Virus record (IMG/VR): IMGVR_UViG_3300045988_137693
Length of the DNA: 56,335 bases
From: a virus
Direction: 5' to 3' (one strand)
Shown: piece by piece, positions 7,825 to 17,400 of the stretch
Position numbering within the stretch: the stretch's first letter is position 1
Layout of the letters: each line of letters begins with the position of its first letter
Program-made: the position numbers and the translations under genes
Notes under the pieces: generated by a model
What the model saw: only the letters and a program-made list of their open reading frames with translations
Told to the model about the DNA's origin: nothing
The model's database searches: none

Positions 7825-8214
7825 ATGAAGGTTACAACCATTATTAAAATCGCCAAGGCCGCTGTCGCCGCTATATCTCTTGGAGTCGCCGCTGTCGGTG
7901 CGATTCGTACTGCCAAGAATGCCAAGAAGCTGCACGAGACCGCAGTGGATGCCATTCAGAAGGCTGAGAATGACGAGATCGAGTCCGACGAACAGATGCA
8001 GAAGATCAATGATAATCTGTTCAATCGTGTCGGCGATATCGTGTTCGATGCCGGAGCGTTTCTGGTAGCCACTGCTGCCACCGCCATCGTCGGATATCTG
8101 TACGTTTCCGCATATAGCGACAGGACGTGGGCCGAAGGTATAGACGCTGTTACTCGCTATGGCTGTGCCGTCACGAAGGCTTTGGCTCATCGAATCAAGG
8201 CCGAGGAGGCGTGA
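7825..8214 (+). CDS. Hypothetical membrane protein (129 aa)
   Basis: Two hydrophobic segments; aaggag RBS. Confidence 0.6.
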   Translation: MKVTTIIKIAKAAVAAISLGVAAVGAIRTAKNAKKLHETAVDAIQKAENDEIESDEQMQKINDNLFNRVGDIVFDAGAFLVATAATAIVGYLYVSAYSDRTWAEGIDAVTRYGCAVTKALAHRIKAEEA

Positions 8215-8215
8215 T

Positions 8216-8626
8216 ATGAATATCGATGAAATTAACGCATATCACGACGAGATTGCCAATGCCCGAGAAATATTAGGCGACACTCATGCCGGACCGGCTT
8301 CTCGTGCTCAGGCATCGTTAGCGGCATGTGCAACATATTTCTCGCAAATAGATGACGGTGTTCTCCAAGCGACCATCAATGAACCTGATGTCATCGATGA
8401 TTCTCATAAACCGAACAAAGCTCATGAGAATTCATACATGATGATCGGAGGAATATCGATAGCATCGATCACGTTCTCCGATATCATTCATGATTGCAAA
8501 TGCCTAAAAGAACGCAATGCGAAGAATATATGGTATGTGGTCAAACGCCATATTCCATATATCACGATTGGAACTTTCCTGATCATCGCTAGTGTACTTC
8601 TTGAAAGGAGCGAACATGAATCGTGA
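8216..8626 (+). CDS. Hypothetical protein with a C-terminal TM segment (136 aa)
   Basis: ATG 8216 after a gaggagg RBS; the upstream extension of tracked ORF 8159 was rejected. Confidence 0.6.
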   Translation: MNIDEINAYHDEIANAREILGDTHAGPASRAQASLAACATYFSQIDDGVLQATINEPDVIDDSHKPNKAHENSYMMIGGISIASITFSDIIHDCKCLKERNAKNIWYVVKRHIPYITIGTFLIIASVLLERSEHES

Positions 8627-9488
8627 GAATCTGATATTCGCCGGCATCGGATTTCTGGCCGGTGTCGCCGTCACGACCGTCGTCGGATATTTCGGCGTAT
8701 ATCGAAAGTACATACCGCTTCGCCAGCTGGAGGACGAAGTCAATCAGCTCGAAGAACAACGTCAATCCAAAGGACGTCAGCTCGATGCCATGGATGCCGC
8801 TTACGAGGAACGCAAAGTGGCATACGAGAAGGATCTTCAAGAACGGTCCGATCGTCTCGACATGTACGATAGCGACATCGCCGACGCCAAAAAAGAACTC
8901 GAAGCAATCAAACCAACACCAGAACAGGAGCCTGAAACCTTGACCACAGACGAAACCAAAATCTTCGCGCGATTCGAAATCCATGACGGCAATCCTCGAT
9001 GGGATGGACCGTTGACCGATGAGGAACAGGCATCGTATGATGCTTGCGATGGGGACGAAAATCTTATTCTCGGGCTGCTCACCGAAGTGAAGGAGCATCG
9101 ATTCAAGAACTCCATCGATCCGAACCGAACCGTATATATGATCGACGACTATGAGCACAAGACCGCTCCGGACTTCATCGATACGGTGTACCTTGACTAC
9201 TATGTCAGAGACGACAAACTCGCCGAAGGACGAGCGCTCGTCGAACGTCCGGATGATCTCATCGATATGGCCGTACTTATGCAATTCGGTAAGTATGGAT
9301 GGCAGGAAGATCCGAACGTTGTGATCTGCCGTAACGATACGTTCGAGACGGATTACGTGATCGAACGTCATGAGGAATCATATCAGGAGTCGGTGTTCGG
9401 CATCGATCCGGATAAGATCACCTTGCCGTCACATCGAGTGCTCGAAGATATGGCCAGGAAAGCCTATGAGGAGGAGCAACATGCCTAA
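8616..9488 (+). CDS. Hypothetical protein: N-terminal TM, coiled coil, C-terminal globular part (290 aa)
   Basis: ATG 8616 after a gaaaggag RBS. Confidence 0.65.
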   Translation: MNRENLIFAGIGFLAGVAVTTVVGYFGVYRKYIPLRQLEDEVNQLEEQRQSKGRQLDAMDAAYEERKVAYEKDLQERSDRLDMYDSDIADAKKELEAIKPTPEQEPETLTTDETKIFARFEIHDGNPRWDGPLTDEEQASYDACDGDENLILGLLTEVKEHRFKNSIDPNRTVYMIDDYEHKTAPDFIDTVYLDYYVRDDKLAEGRALVERPDDLIDMAVLMQFGKYGWQEDPNVVICRNDTFETDYVIERHEESYQESVFGIDPDKITLPSHRVLEDMARKAYEEEQHA

Positions 9489-10041
9489 GAGCGAACCACA
9501 TGTGAAACCATATTTCGATTGGCTTCTGGAAGATGTGGTCGGTATTGATAATGATGGATATTCCAAACTCTATCATGAGATGAATACGATCCGTTACACC
9601 TATCGTATCGCCATGGATGCCAATCGAGAAGGCGATGCCCTCGAACTCCGTGGCGATTACGAATATTACAATCACGCACCATGTGATGCGCAATTCCAGG
9701 GAGGAGTGGTGAGCTTCCTGGAATTCCTTATCGCAGTGATTCTACGGGTCGATAATGATCTCGCACTCAAGCTGTCTCGTGCCGATTGGATACATCTGTT
9801 CATCAAAAATATGGATCTGCAAGCCTACACGGATTCATATTTTGATGCCGTTGGAGACGCATCCGAACCGGTACGACTGCTTGTCGAACGCACCATGAAC
9901 CGGAAGTATAACGCCGATGGGAGCAATGGTGGATTGTTCGTCATCAAGGGATGCGACAAGGATCTTCGACGGATGCAACTGTTCGATCAGTGGACATTGT
10001 TCGGCAATTCCGACCACGATATTCCATATAAGTGGGACTAG
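9481..10041 (+). CDS. Hypothetical protein (186 aa)
   Basis: ATG 9481 after a gaggagga RBS. Confidence 0.6.
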   Translation: MPKSEPHVKPYFDWLLEDVVGIDNDGYSKLYHEMNTIRYTYRIAMDANREGDALELRGDYEYYNHAPCDAQFQGGVVSFLEFLIAVILRVDNDLALKLSRADWIHLFIKNMDLQAYTDSYFDAVGDASEPVRLLVERTMNRKYNADGSNGGLFVIKGCDKDLRRMQLFDQWTLFGNSDHDIPYKWD

Positions 10042-10053
10042 AAAGGAGTGGGT

Positions 10054-13000
10054 ATGGACCAAATACGAGTGACTGAAGTCAAAAGCACCAAAACCGCAAC
10101 CAAGGTCATTGCAAATCCTAGGGCCCGTGGATTCAAGGATCTTATTGTCAAGGGTGGACAGTTCTACGCCGTATATGATCCAGATACGCACCTGTGGTCC
10201 AGAAGTGTCGGCCGTCTCTCCGAACTCATTGATAGGGATATCAGCGAGTATATCGCAACGCATTCGGACAAGACCTTGACTCCGGAATACATGGACAATA
10301 TGTCCAATGGACAATGGAACCGATATTTGTCGCAACTGAAGAACCTCGATGACAGCAGCATCATGCTGGATCAGAAGGTTATATTTGACAACGACGAAGT
10401 CGATCGCGACGACTACGCCTCGTTCAAATTACCGTATGATCTCATCGAGGGTCCGACACCGAACTACGATCGCCTGATGGAAACGATCTATGACCCGGAC
10501 GAGCGTCGAAAACTCGAATGGGGCATAGGTCTGATCGTGGATGGTAAGGACCAGAAACGTATTCAGAAATTCTTCGCCATTACCGGTGCTCCCGGTACCG
10601 GTAAATCGACGATTCTGAACATCATCCAGGAACTGTTCGGGAAGTACGTTTCGTTCTTCAATGCCAAGGAACTTGGTCAGGGATATCAATTCGCCACTGC
10701 TGCGTTCAAAAACGCTCCGCTCATCGCCATTCAAAGCGACGGCGATCTCTCAAAGATCGATGATAATTCATTGTTGAACACCATTGTTTCGCATGAATAT
10801 ATCAAAGTCAATGAGAAAGGCGTCAAGCAGTATGATATTCCGATCAAGACGATGCTGTTCATGGCTTCGAATAAACCAGTGAAGATCACAGACTCGAAAT
10901 CGGGTCTGATTCGAAGGTTGATTGACGTCTATCCATCAGGACGAAAACTCAGCAATGCTGAATATTTCGAAGCCATGGACGGTATCAAATTCGAACTCGG
11001 TGCGATCGCCCACCATTGCCGAGAGGTCTATCAGGAAATGGGTCCGAACGCATATGGCAATTACATACCAACCGAAATGGTGGCCAGAACGAATGATATG
11101 TATTCGTTCTTGTCAAGCGTTCTCGACCAATTCGAAGATGACGATCATATCGATGGTCTCGAACTTTGGCGTCAATATAAGGTTTGGTGCGATGAAGGTA
11201 ACGTGACCATGCGCATGAAACGTGATGACTTCCTGTTCGAATTGTCATCATATTTCAACAAGACGACCGATAACATCGTCAATGGTCGCAAATCCACTCG
11301 TAACACCGGTTTCGAGGGAATCCGTTGGGATAAATTCGAGAAAGTGGAGAAACCGAAGCTGATCGAAGCGAGAAAACTCGAACTTAATTCGACCGATTCG
11401 ACTTTCGACCACATGGCTCAGGATTGGCCGGCCCAATACGCCGCCGATAATCCAACCGGAGGACCTCGGTTGCCTTGGGATCAGGTAACCACCACATTGA
11501 AAGATGTGGACACCACCAAACTGCATTGGGTACGAGTACCTGAGAATCATATCGTCATCGACTTTGATCTCAAGGGCGATGATGGCGAGAAGAGCCTGGA
11601 ACGCAATCTTGCCGAAGCTGCGAAGTATCCGCCGACGTATGCGGAATTGAGCAAATCCGGTAAGGGCGTGCACCTGCATTATATTTACGATGGTGACGTG
11701 ACGAGGCTCAAACCTCTGATCGACATCAACGTGGAATGCAAGGTGTATCGAGGGAAGTCGGCATTGCGAAGGAAACTCAGCACATGCAACGATCTCGAAG
11801 TCGCGCATATTTCCAGCGGTCTTCCTCTCAAAGGAGATAAAACCATGATCAATGAGAAAGCGATCAAAGATGAGCAGCATCTTCGCAATCTTATCAAAGG
11901 AAACCTAAGAAAGGAATATTGTCCCGGAACCAAGCCATCGATCGACTTCATCTGTAAGTTGCTGGACGAAGCATACGAGTCTGGCATCCAGTATAACGTC
12001 GAAGACATGCGTCTTGATATTCTCAATTTCGCCATGAACTCCACGCATAATCGAGATTATTGCATGAAGGTTGTGGCGAATATGAAGCTTCGTTCCGACG
12101 AACCCGACAGCTTGGAACCGCCGAAGCATACCGGGACACCTGATATTCTGACGTTCTACGACGTCGAGGTGTTCCCGAATCTGTTCATGATCTGCTTCAA
12201 AGACGCAGGTGATGAGAAGGATCATCCGGTGAAGACCTTGATCAATCCAGATCCGAAAGATGTTCGTAAGCTCTGCGGCAAGGCACTGGTCGGATTCAAC
12301 AACCGACGATACGACAATCATATGCTCTACGCATGGGGTTGGCTCGGTTATGACAACCAACAGCTCTACAACCTGTCTCAGGATATCGTGGCTGGTGGGC
12401 CTCGCAGTCGAAACGCCATGTTCCAGAATGCCTACAACATCTCCTATACGGATATCTACGACTTCTCCGCAAAGAAGCAGTCGTTGAAGAAGTGGGAGAT
12501 CGAACTCGGGATCGATCATCACGAACTCGGCATGCCGTGGGACAAGCCGGTCGATCCGAAACTCTGGGATCTGGTGCAATCATATTGCGAGGATGATGTC
12601 CGAGCGACGGAAGCGGTGTTCAACCATCTTCATGAAGATTTCGTGGCCCGTCAAGGTCTGGCGAATCTGTCCGGCCTCACGCCGAATGATTCGACGAATC
12701 AACATACGGCCCAGATCATATTCGGAGACGCGAAGAATCCGCAGAAGGAATTCCCGTTCCCGGATCTGAGCGAAACCTTTCCCGGGTATACCTTCGACAA
12801 ATTCGCTGATAAAGATCACAAATCCAAGTATTTGGGCGAGTATCCTTCCGAAGGCGGATATGTGTGGGTATACGGTATGGCTAACGGCGACAATGGTCCA
12901 TATTACGGACGTCAGATCCAATGGTCCATGACCGGGAAGGACCGACTCGAACGATATCGTGAGGTCTATCGATCTCAGGATATGGATTTCGACACCATGC

Positions 13001-14154
13001 ACCCCGATCTGGCGAAGCGTCTCGAAGGATATTCATATGACGGTGCTGATCAGTTCATGCCTGAACTTCCAGACAAGACGCTCGGTGGTATGTTCGGCAA
13101 CGTCGGTTTGCTTGATGTGACCAGTCTGCACCCGTCGAGTCTTGAGGACATGAATTTCTTTGGTCCATACACCAAACGATTCAGCGACATCAAGGCCGCT
13201 CGTGTTGATATCAAGCACGGTGATCTCGAATCCGCTCGTCGACGTATGGATGGTGCTTTGGCTCCACTGCTTAAGGAGGGTGAAAACACCAAGTCGCTTG
13301 CACAGGCACTGAAGATCGTGATCAATTCGGTATACGGTTTGACCAGTGCGAAGTTCCCGACAAAGTTCAACGATGTCGGGAATGGAGCCAACGATCGCAA
13401 TGTCGACAACAAGGTCGCGAAACGCGGCGCCTTGTTCATGCTTCTGCTCAAGCAAAAGGTTATGGAGCTTGGCTACACAGTCGTGCATATCAAAACCGAT
13501 TCGATCAAGATAGCCGATATCGATGAATATGTTGTGACATTTGTCAATGACATGGGAGCGAAATATGGCTACGGATTCGAACTCGAAGCGATCTACGACA
13601 AGATGTGTATCGTCAACAAAGCGACGTACATCGCCCATCATTGTTACGGCGACGACGGGCACGACGCCGCATCGCATGGTGGTTGGGCGGCAACGGGTGC
13701 ACAGTTCGCAGTGCCCTACGTCTTCAAGACGCTGTTCTCTCATGAAACGATTGATTTCAAGGATCTTTGCGAAACCAAATCCGCCACGACATCGATCTAC
13801 CTAGACTTCAACGAGGGGCTACCCGAGGACGAACATCGCTATGATTTCGTCGGCAAGGTAAGCGCCTTCAGTCCGGTCCAACCGGGTTGTGGCGGAGGCC
13901 TGCTGGTCCGTGACAACGGCAACGGCGGTTACGCCGCGCTGTCCGGCACCAAAGGTTATCGCTGGAAGGAATCGAGCGTTCTCCGAGACGGTCACAAACA
14001 AGATGAAGTCGATTACACCTACTACGAACATCTCGCCGATGAGGCACGAGATGATATTTCGCAGTATGGTGATTTCGACTGGCTGGTAAGCGGCGAACCG
14101 TATGTTTCGCCGAATCCTGGAAGCAATAATCTGGTTGCTTCCTTGACTCGATAA
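10054..14154 (+). CDS. Fused replicase: D5/SF3-like P-loop NTPase + archaeo-eukaryotic (prim-pol type) primase + family-B DNA polymerase with 3'-5' exonuclease
   Basis: Walker A ITGAPGTGKST. Primase signatures VIDFDLKGDDGEKS and SKSGKGVHLHY. Exonuclease motifs FYDVEVF, FNNRRYDNHMLY, SYCEDDVRAT. PolB motifs A LLDVTSLHPSS, B KIVINSVYG, C HIKTDS. Confidence 0.9.
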   Translation: MDQIRVTEVKSTKTATKVIANPRARGFKDLIVKGGQFYAVYDPDTHLWSRSVGRLSELIDRDISEYIATHSDKTLTPEYMDNMSNGQWNRYLSQLKNLDDSSIMLDQKVIFDNDEVDRDDYASFKLPYDLIEGPTPNYDRLMETIYDPDERRKLEWGIGLIVDGKDQKRIQKFFAITGAPGTGKSTILNIIQELFGKYVSFFNAKELGQGYQFATAAFKNAPLIAIQSDGDLSKIDDNSLLNTIVSHEYIKVNEKGVKQYDIPIKTMLFMASNKPVKITDSKSGLIRRLIDVYPSGRKLSNAEYFEAMDGIKFELGAIAHHCREVYQEMGPNAYGNYIPTEMVARTNDMYSFLSSVLDQFEDDDHIDGLELWRQYKVWCDEGNVTMRMKRDDFLFELSSYFNKTTDNIVNGRKSTRNTGFEGIRWDKFEKVEKPKLIEARKLELNSTDSTFDHMAQDWPAQYAADNPTGGPRLPWDQVTTTLKDVDTTKLHWVRVPENHIVIDFDLKGDDGEKSLERNLAEAAKYPPTYAELSKSGKGVHLHYIYDGDVTRLKPLIDINVECKVYRGKSALRRKLSTCNDLEVAHISSGLPLKGDKTMINEKAIKDEQHLRNLIKGNLRKEYCPGTKPSIDFICKLLDEAYESGIQYNVEDMRLDILNFAMNSTHNRDYCMKVVANMKLRSDEPDSLEPPKHTGTPDILTFYDVEVFPNLFMICFKDAGDEKDHPVKTLINPDPKDVRKLCGKALVGFNNRRYDNHMLYAWGWLGYDNQQLYNLSQDIVAGGPRSRNAMFQNAYNISYTDIYDFSAKKQSLKKWEIELGIDHHELGMPWDKPVDPKLWDLVQSYCEDDVRATEAVFNHLHEDFVARQGLANLSGLTPNDSTNQHTAQIIFGDAKNPQKEFPFPDLSETFPGYTFDKFADKDHKSKYLGEYPSEGGYVWVYGMANGDNGPYYGRQIQWSMTGKDRLERYREVYRSQDMDFDTMHPDLAKRLEGYSYDGADQFMPELPDKTLGGMFGNVGLLDVTSLHPSSLEDMNFFGPYTKRFSDIKAARVDIKHGDLESARRRMDGALAPLLKEGENTKSLAQALKIVINSVYGLTSAKFPTKFNDVGNGANDRNVDNKVAKRGALFMLLLKQKVMELGYTVVHIKTDSIKIADIDEYVVTFVNDMGAKYGYGFELEAIYDKMCIVNKATYIAHHCYGDDGHDAASHGGWAATGAQFAVPYVFKTLFSHETIDFKDLCETKSATTSIYLDFNEGLPEDEHRYDFVGKVSAFSPVQPGCGGGLLVRDNGNGGYAALSGTKGYRWKESSVLRDGHKQDEVDYTYYEHLADEARDDISQYGDFDWLVSGEPYVSPNPGSNNLVASLTR

Positions 14155-14178
14155 TACACAGATCAGAAAGGTCAGCTC

Positions 14179-14265
14179 ATGAGTGTGAGCGATTTTCTAA
14201 GTTTGATGATTTCACTCGGCTTGCTTATGCTCATGAGCTGGTTTGTAGACAATCATAAATTCTAA
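14179..14265 (+). CDS. Possible small hydrophobic peptide (28 aa)
   Basis: Below the track cutoff: MSVSDFLSLMISLGLLMLMSWFVDNHKF. Confidence 0.3.
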   Translation: MSVSDFLSLMISLGLLMLMSWFVDNHKF

Positions 14266-14274
14266 GGAGCAATC

Positions 14275-14454
14275 ATGTCAATTACTATGATCATTGCGAT
14301 TTGGGCGCTGGTCCTGATGATCATCGTCAATCTATGGACCTATATTCCCAAGCAACGACCGATACCTCGACACTCCGTTTTGTATATCGCCATGATGGAG
14401 ACATTTGATCGGCCAGCAATGGTACCGATTGAATGCGGGAGGAACGATAAATAA
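14275..14454 (+). CDS. Possible small membrane protein (59 aa)
   Basis: taaggag RBS then ATG 14275: MSITMIIAIWALVLMIIVNLW... Confidence 0.4.
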   Translation: MSITMIIAIWALVLMIIVNLWTYIPKQRPIPRHSVLYIAMMETFDRPAMVPIECGRNDK

Positions 14455-14457
14455 AAT

Positions 14458-14490
14458 CAGACCTACCTTGAAAGTGGGTCTGAAATATTT
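14458..14490 (+). terminator. Hairpin plus T-rich tail; first of two related GACCTACCTT hairpins
   Basis: Stem cagacc/ggtctg with loop taccttgaaagtg, then aaatatttt. Confidence 0.4.
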
Positions 14491-14640
14491 TACTTTTGAT
14501 TATGTTGGAGAAGGTGTCAATAGAAGCTGACCTACCTTCAAGTCCGGTCACCTCTAAAAACGGCGTGCGAAAGTCCCAAACGATGCTCATTATCAACGAA
14601 ATCGGCATCTATGAAGTATACAAAGAACAGGAGTAAAACC

Positions 14641-14865
14641 ATGGCACTCACCACCGAAGAAGTAGACGATCTCATGCATTGCAACTGCGATGCCGAGGTC
14701 AAAGCGCTTGATTTCGATATCACTGCCAACAGGATCAAAGCGATTCTCATCTGCACCGGATGCGGAAAAATGGTATCGGTGTCCGGTGATATCGACATGG
14801 TTTCGGATGTGACATATACCGAAACAGTCCGATTCGTCTTGGACCAATCGGAGGACTGCGAATGA
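14641..14865 (+). CDS. Hypothetical protein with two CxC/CxxC pairs (74 aa)
   Basis: caggag RBS then ATG 14641; HCNC...CTGC. Confidence 0.55.
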   Translation: MALTTEEVDDLMHCNCDAEVKALDFDITANRIKAILICTGCGKMVSVSGDIDMVSDVTYTETVRFVLDQSEDCE

Positions 14866-14927
14866 AACTTCCATTCAAAGTCCATTTTGAAATGCAACCA
14901 ACCATTGTAAAGAATAAGGAGAAAATC

Positions 14928-15122
14928 ATGTCCGATAATGACACTACTCAGGTACTCGATGCGAACGAGGTCATCGATCAATCCAAATCCACGCTTAAGG
15001 ATGTCGTGCTCGATCATCCGGCATATCTGGCCTTGGCCGGTCTTGGCATCTTCGCCATCGGGTATCAGCTCGGACGTAACCAGGGTGTCAACTCGTTGCT
15101 GAAATTCGCGATGAGCAACTGA
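14928..15122 (+). CDS. Hypothetical protein with a C-terminal TM segment (64 aa)
   Basis: aaggag RBS then ATG 14928. Confidence 0.5.
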   Translation: MSDNDTTQVLDANEVIDQSKSTLKDVVLDHPAYLALAGLGIFAIGYQLGRNQGVNSLLKFAMSN

Positions 15123-15202
15123 TGTTATATTTACTCATAGGTGCCGTATTGGTTATGATTTTCGCAGCGTGGTTCCCGTTGTGGTGGGATGATCATTGTT
15201 AA
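15122..15202 (+). CDS. Possible small hydrophobic peptide (26 aa)
   Basis: ATG overlaps the previous stop by one base (TGATG, A at 15122 shared): MLYLLIGAVLVMIFAAWFPLWWDDHC. Confidence 0.3.
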   Translation: MLYLLIGAVLVMIFAAWFPLWWDDHC

Positions 15203-15232
15203 CGCGAACCAGACATGGCCTTTAATGAGAAT
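15203..15232 (+). promoter_or_regulatory. Conserved promoter-like box, copy 7
   Basis: cgcgaaccagacatggCCTTTAATGAgaat. Confidence 0.55.
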
Positions 15233-15258
15233 ATTAATTCACATTAAAGGAGTTAATC

Positions 15259-15630
15259 ATGACCGATATTTATGCACACATTACTATCATAGACACCAAC
15301 ACCGGTGAAATCATTCCGAGAAATCGAAATGGCTGGGAGTTGATGGCCGCTGTATTTATGATTGGTTATAATTGGCAAGCCGATCGATTCAATGAACAAA
15401 TTGATTCGTGGAATTCGGAATTCGATAAGACTCACCCAAACCATGGTGATCTTATGAATAACGATGAATACCATCAATTCATTCTGGATCGTTGGCAACC
15501 GATTATTGACCAATACAACAATGAGATGGCCAAATACACAGATTCAGTCAAATTTATTATCGAGGATTTCACTGTCTGCATGGTGAATGACTATGGACAT
15601 AAAGTCGGAATGCAACTCGTAACCGAGTAA
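15259..15630 (+). CDS. Hypothetical protein (123 aa)
   Basis: ORF with aaaggag RBS. Confidence 0.65.
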   Translation: MTDIYAHITIIDTNTGEIIPRNRNGWELMAAVFMIGYNWQADRFNEQIDSWNSEFDKTHPNHGDLMNNDEYHQFILDRWQPIIDQYNNEMAKYTDSVKFIIEDFTVCMVNDYGHKVGMQLVTE

Positions 15631-15638
15631 CATTCATA

Positions 15639-15676
15639 AAGAGTGGACCGCACATGCGGTCTGCTCTTTGTCTTTT
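15639..15676 (+). terminator. Intrinsic terminator, related stem-loop (CCGCACATGCGG core)
   Basis: agagtggaccgcacatgcggtctgctctttgtctttt. Confidence 0.7.
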
Positions 15677-15685
15677 GGCTATATT

Positions 15686-15715
15686 CGCGAACCAGACATG
15701 TCCTTTAATGAGAAC
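15686..15715 (+). promoter_or_regulatory. Conserved promoter-like box, copy 8
   Basis: cgcgaaccagacatgtCCTTTAATGAgaac. Confidence 0.55.
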
Positions 15716-15735
15716 TATCAAGAAAAGGAGTCAAC

Positions 15736-15951
15736 ATGTCTGTTGATATTTGCCAAGTCATCGCTGATTTCATTCTCATCACGATTGTCGTGCTGGGGAT
15801 CGAAGCGGGCATTCAAGATCGTATCAAGCATAAGGATATGACCTGGTTTGCCTGGATCGGTCGCCACTGGAATAATCGTAAGGAGAAGAAAGCAGCCAAC
15901 AAACTGACAAAGAAACAAGACATCAACGAAACCACTTTCGCTGAGAAGTAA
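15736..15951 (+). CDS. Small membrane protein (71 aa)
   Basis: ORF with aaaggag RBS and an N-terminal TM segment. Confidence 0.6.
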   Translation: MSVDICQVIADFILITIVVLGIEAGIQDRIKHKDMTWFAWIGRHWNNRKEKKAANKLTKKQDINETTFAEK

Positions 15952-15955
15952 TCAT

Positions 15956-15993
15956 AAGCCTAAGTCGCACATGCGGCTTTGGCTTTGCATTTT
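15956..15993 (+). terminator. Intrinsic terminator, conserved stem-loop family
   Basis: aagcctaagtcgcacatgcggctttggctttgcatttt. Confidence 0.75.
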
Positions 15994-16010
15994 AATAAAA
16001 GGAGATTATC

Positions 16011-16538
16011 ATGCCAGTCAACATCATCAAGCGCCCGAACGGTGACGTCAACAAGATCGAATGCGAGAACGTTCGTCTGATCTGGACGAATTTCGCAGGC
16101 CGCGAAGGCAAGTACAATCCGGCCGGCAACCGCAACTTCAACATCGTTCTCGAAGAATCAGATGCCAAAACGCTTCAGGACCTTGGTCTGAACGTCAAGT
16201 TCCATGAAGGCCGCGATGAAAACGATCCGGGCATCTACACACTTCAGGTGAAGATCAACTTCAAGTCCTACAATCCTCCGGAGATCTGGATGAAGAATTC
16301 TCACGGCAACGCCCAGTTGGATGAGGATTCCGTCAAGATGCTCGATCCGCTGGTGTCCGCCGACGCCGTGACGGAGTCGTGGCTGAGCTTCAATTTGAAC
16401 CATTACGAACAGTTCACCACCGCATATTTGCAGAAGCTGCTGGTAACGGTTCAGGAATCCGATTATGAAGCTCGATTCTTCGACGAACCGGATTCCGCCA
16501 TGAACACCATGACGTTCCACAAGGTTGAGAAGGACTGA
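16011..16538 (+). CDS. Possible single-stranded-DNA-binding protein (phage gp2.5-like type)
   Basis: The N-terminal block VRLIWTNFAGREGKYNPAGNRNFNIVL and an acidic C-terminal tail (FFDEPDSA) resemble phage SSBs. Call made by eye only. Confidence 0.45.
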   Translation: MPVNIIKRPNGDVNKIECENVRLIWTNFAGREGKYNPAGNRNFNIVLEESDAKTLQDLGLNVKFHEGRDENDPGIYTLQVKINFKSYNPPEIWMKNSHGNAQLDEDSVKMLDPLVSADAVTESWLSFNLNHYEQFTTAYLQKLLVTVQESDYEARFFDEPDSAMNTMTFHKVEKD

Positions 16539-16540
16539 TC

Positions 16541-16663
16541 ATGTCATATGATAATCGAACCCCAAGGCCTGGCGTCCTGAAGGTATGCATCTATTCCATC
16601 CTCACCGGAGGATTATATTTCTTCTGGTGGTTCGTCAAGACATTGTCCGGCGGATACCGCTGA
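16541..16663 (+). CDS. Possible small membrane protein (40 aa)
   Basis: Below the track cutoff: ...ILTGGLYFFWWFVKTL... Confidence 0.4.
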   Translation: MSYDNRTPRPGVLKVCIYSILTGGLYFFWWFVKTLSGGYR

Positions 16664-16674
16664 CATGACATCGT

Positions 16675-16718
16675 GACAGGTATGGGCCGTCATCGGCCTG
16701 TACCTGTCCTTTATTTTT
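16675..16718 (+). terminator. Intrinsic terminator
   Basis: Outer stem gacaggta/tacctgtc, inner stem ggccg/cggcc, then ctttattttt. Confidence 0.7.
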
Positions 16719-16730
16719 GAAAGGTTTATC

Positions 16731-17132
16731 ATGATTAATTTCGACACGTTGAACGGCGAGAAACTCATCGATCAGGCATCCAAACAACATGCCGATGTCT
16801 GCAAAGCCTCGGCACAGATCGCATCTCGATACGCGGATGTCTCGGATCTGGTCAGAGGCAAGCATGTCGATATGAGCGCGGAGTATCTCGAACGATACAA
16901 GTATCCGACGGTATATTTGGACCCGGATCGTATGGAAGAGATCGAAGATGCTCACGGCAATCCGGTGATTCATGTCTGGATGGAGTGCATGGATTGCACT
17001 GCCAGCGGTTTCATCGACATCAAGGATCAGGAGGAACTCCATGATAACAAGCAACGCCCGAAAACTGCCAAGTCGCAGCGAACCAGTGGCAACCGCATGG
17101 GTGGCGGAGACGTCTCGGAAAAGTATTGCTAG
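16731..17132 (+). CDS. Hypothetical protein (133 aa)
   Basis: ORF directly after the terminator and a gaaagg RBS. Confidence 0.6.
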   Translation: MINFDTLNGEKLIDQASKQHADVCKASAQIASRYADVSDLVRGKHVDMSAEYLERYKYPTVYLDPDRMEEIEDAHGNPVIHVWMECMDCTASGFIDIKDQEELHDNKQRPKTAKSQRTSGNRMGGGDVSEKYC

Positions 17133-17187
17133 AGCACGTCATGTCTCCTATCTGCCGAGCAACTTCGATCGTCTCTGGGAGATCTTC

Positions 17188-17400
17188 ATGCTGATATTCC
17201 CGGACGACGCATCGAACGTCGAATCGGCTGAGGATTTCGATGATCATTCATTGAAGCTTGTCATCAACAGAGCGACCAAGAGATTCTACGATGACGATCA
17301 ATATGAAGTCGACGACTCGACCGAATATGCGATATTCACCGTGGAATTCGGCCAATGGTATCTGTGGACGAAGGGGGCGAACTTCAGTGGCGAATTATGA
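17188..17400 (+). CDS. Hypothetical protein (about 70 aa); start uncertain
   Basis: First ATG with a gggag RBS within tracked ORF 16972..17400. Confidence 0.4.
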   Translation: MLIFPDDASNVESAEDFDDHSLKLVINRATKRFYDDDQYEVDDSTEYAIFTVEFGQWYLWTKGANFSGEL

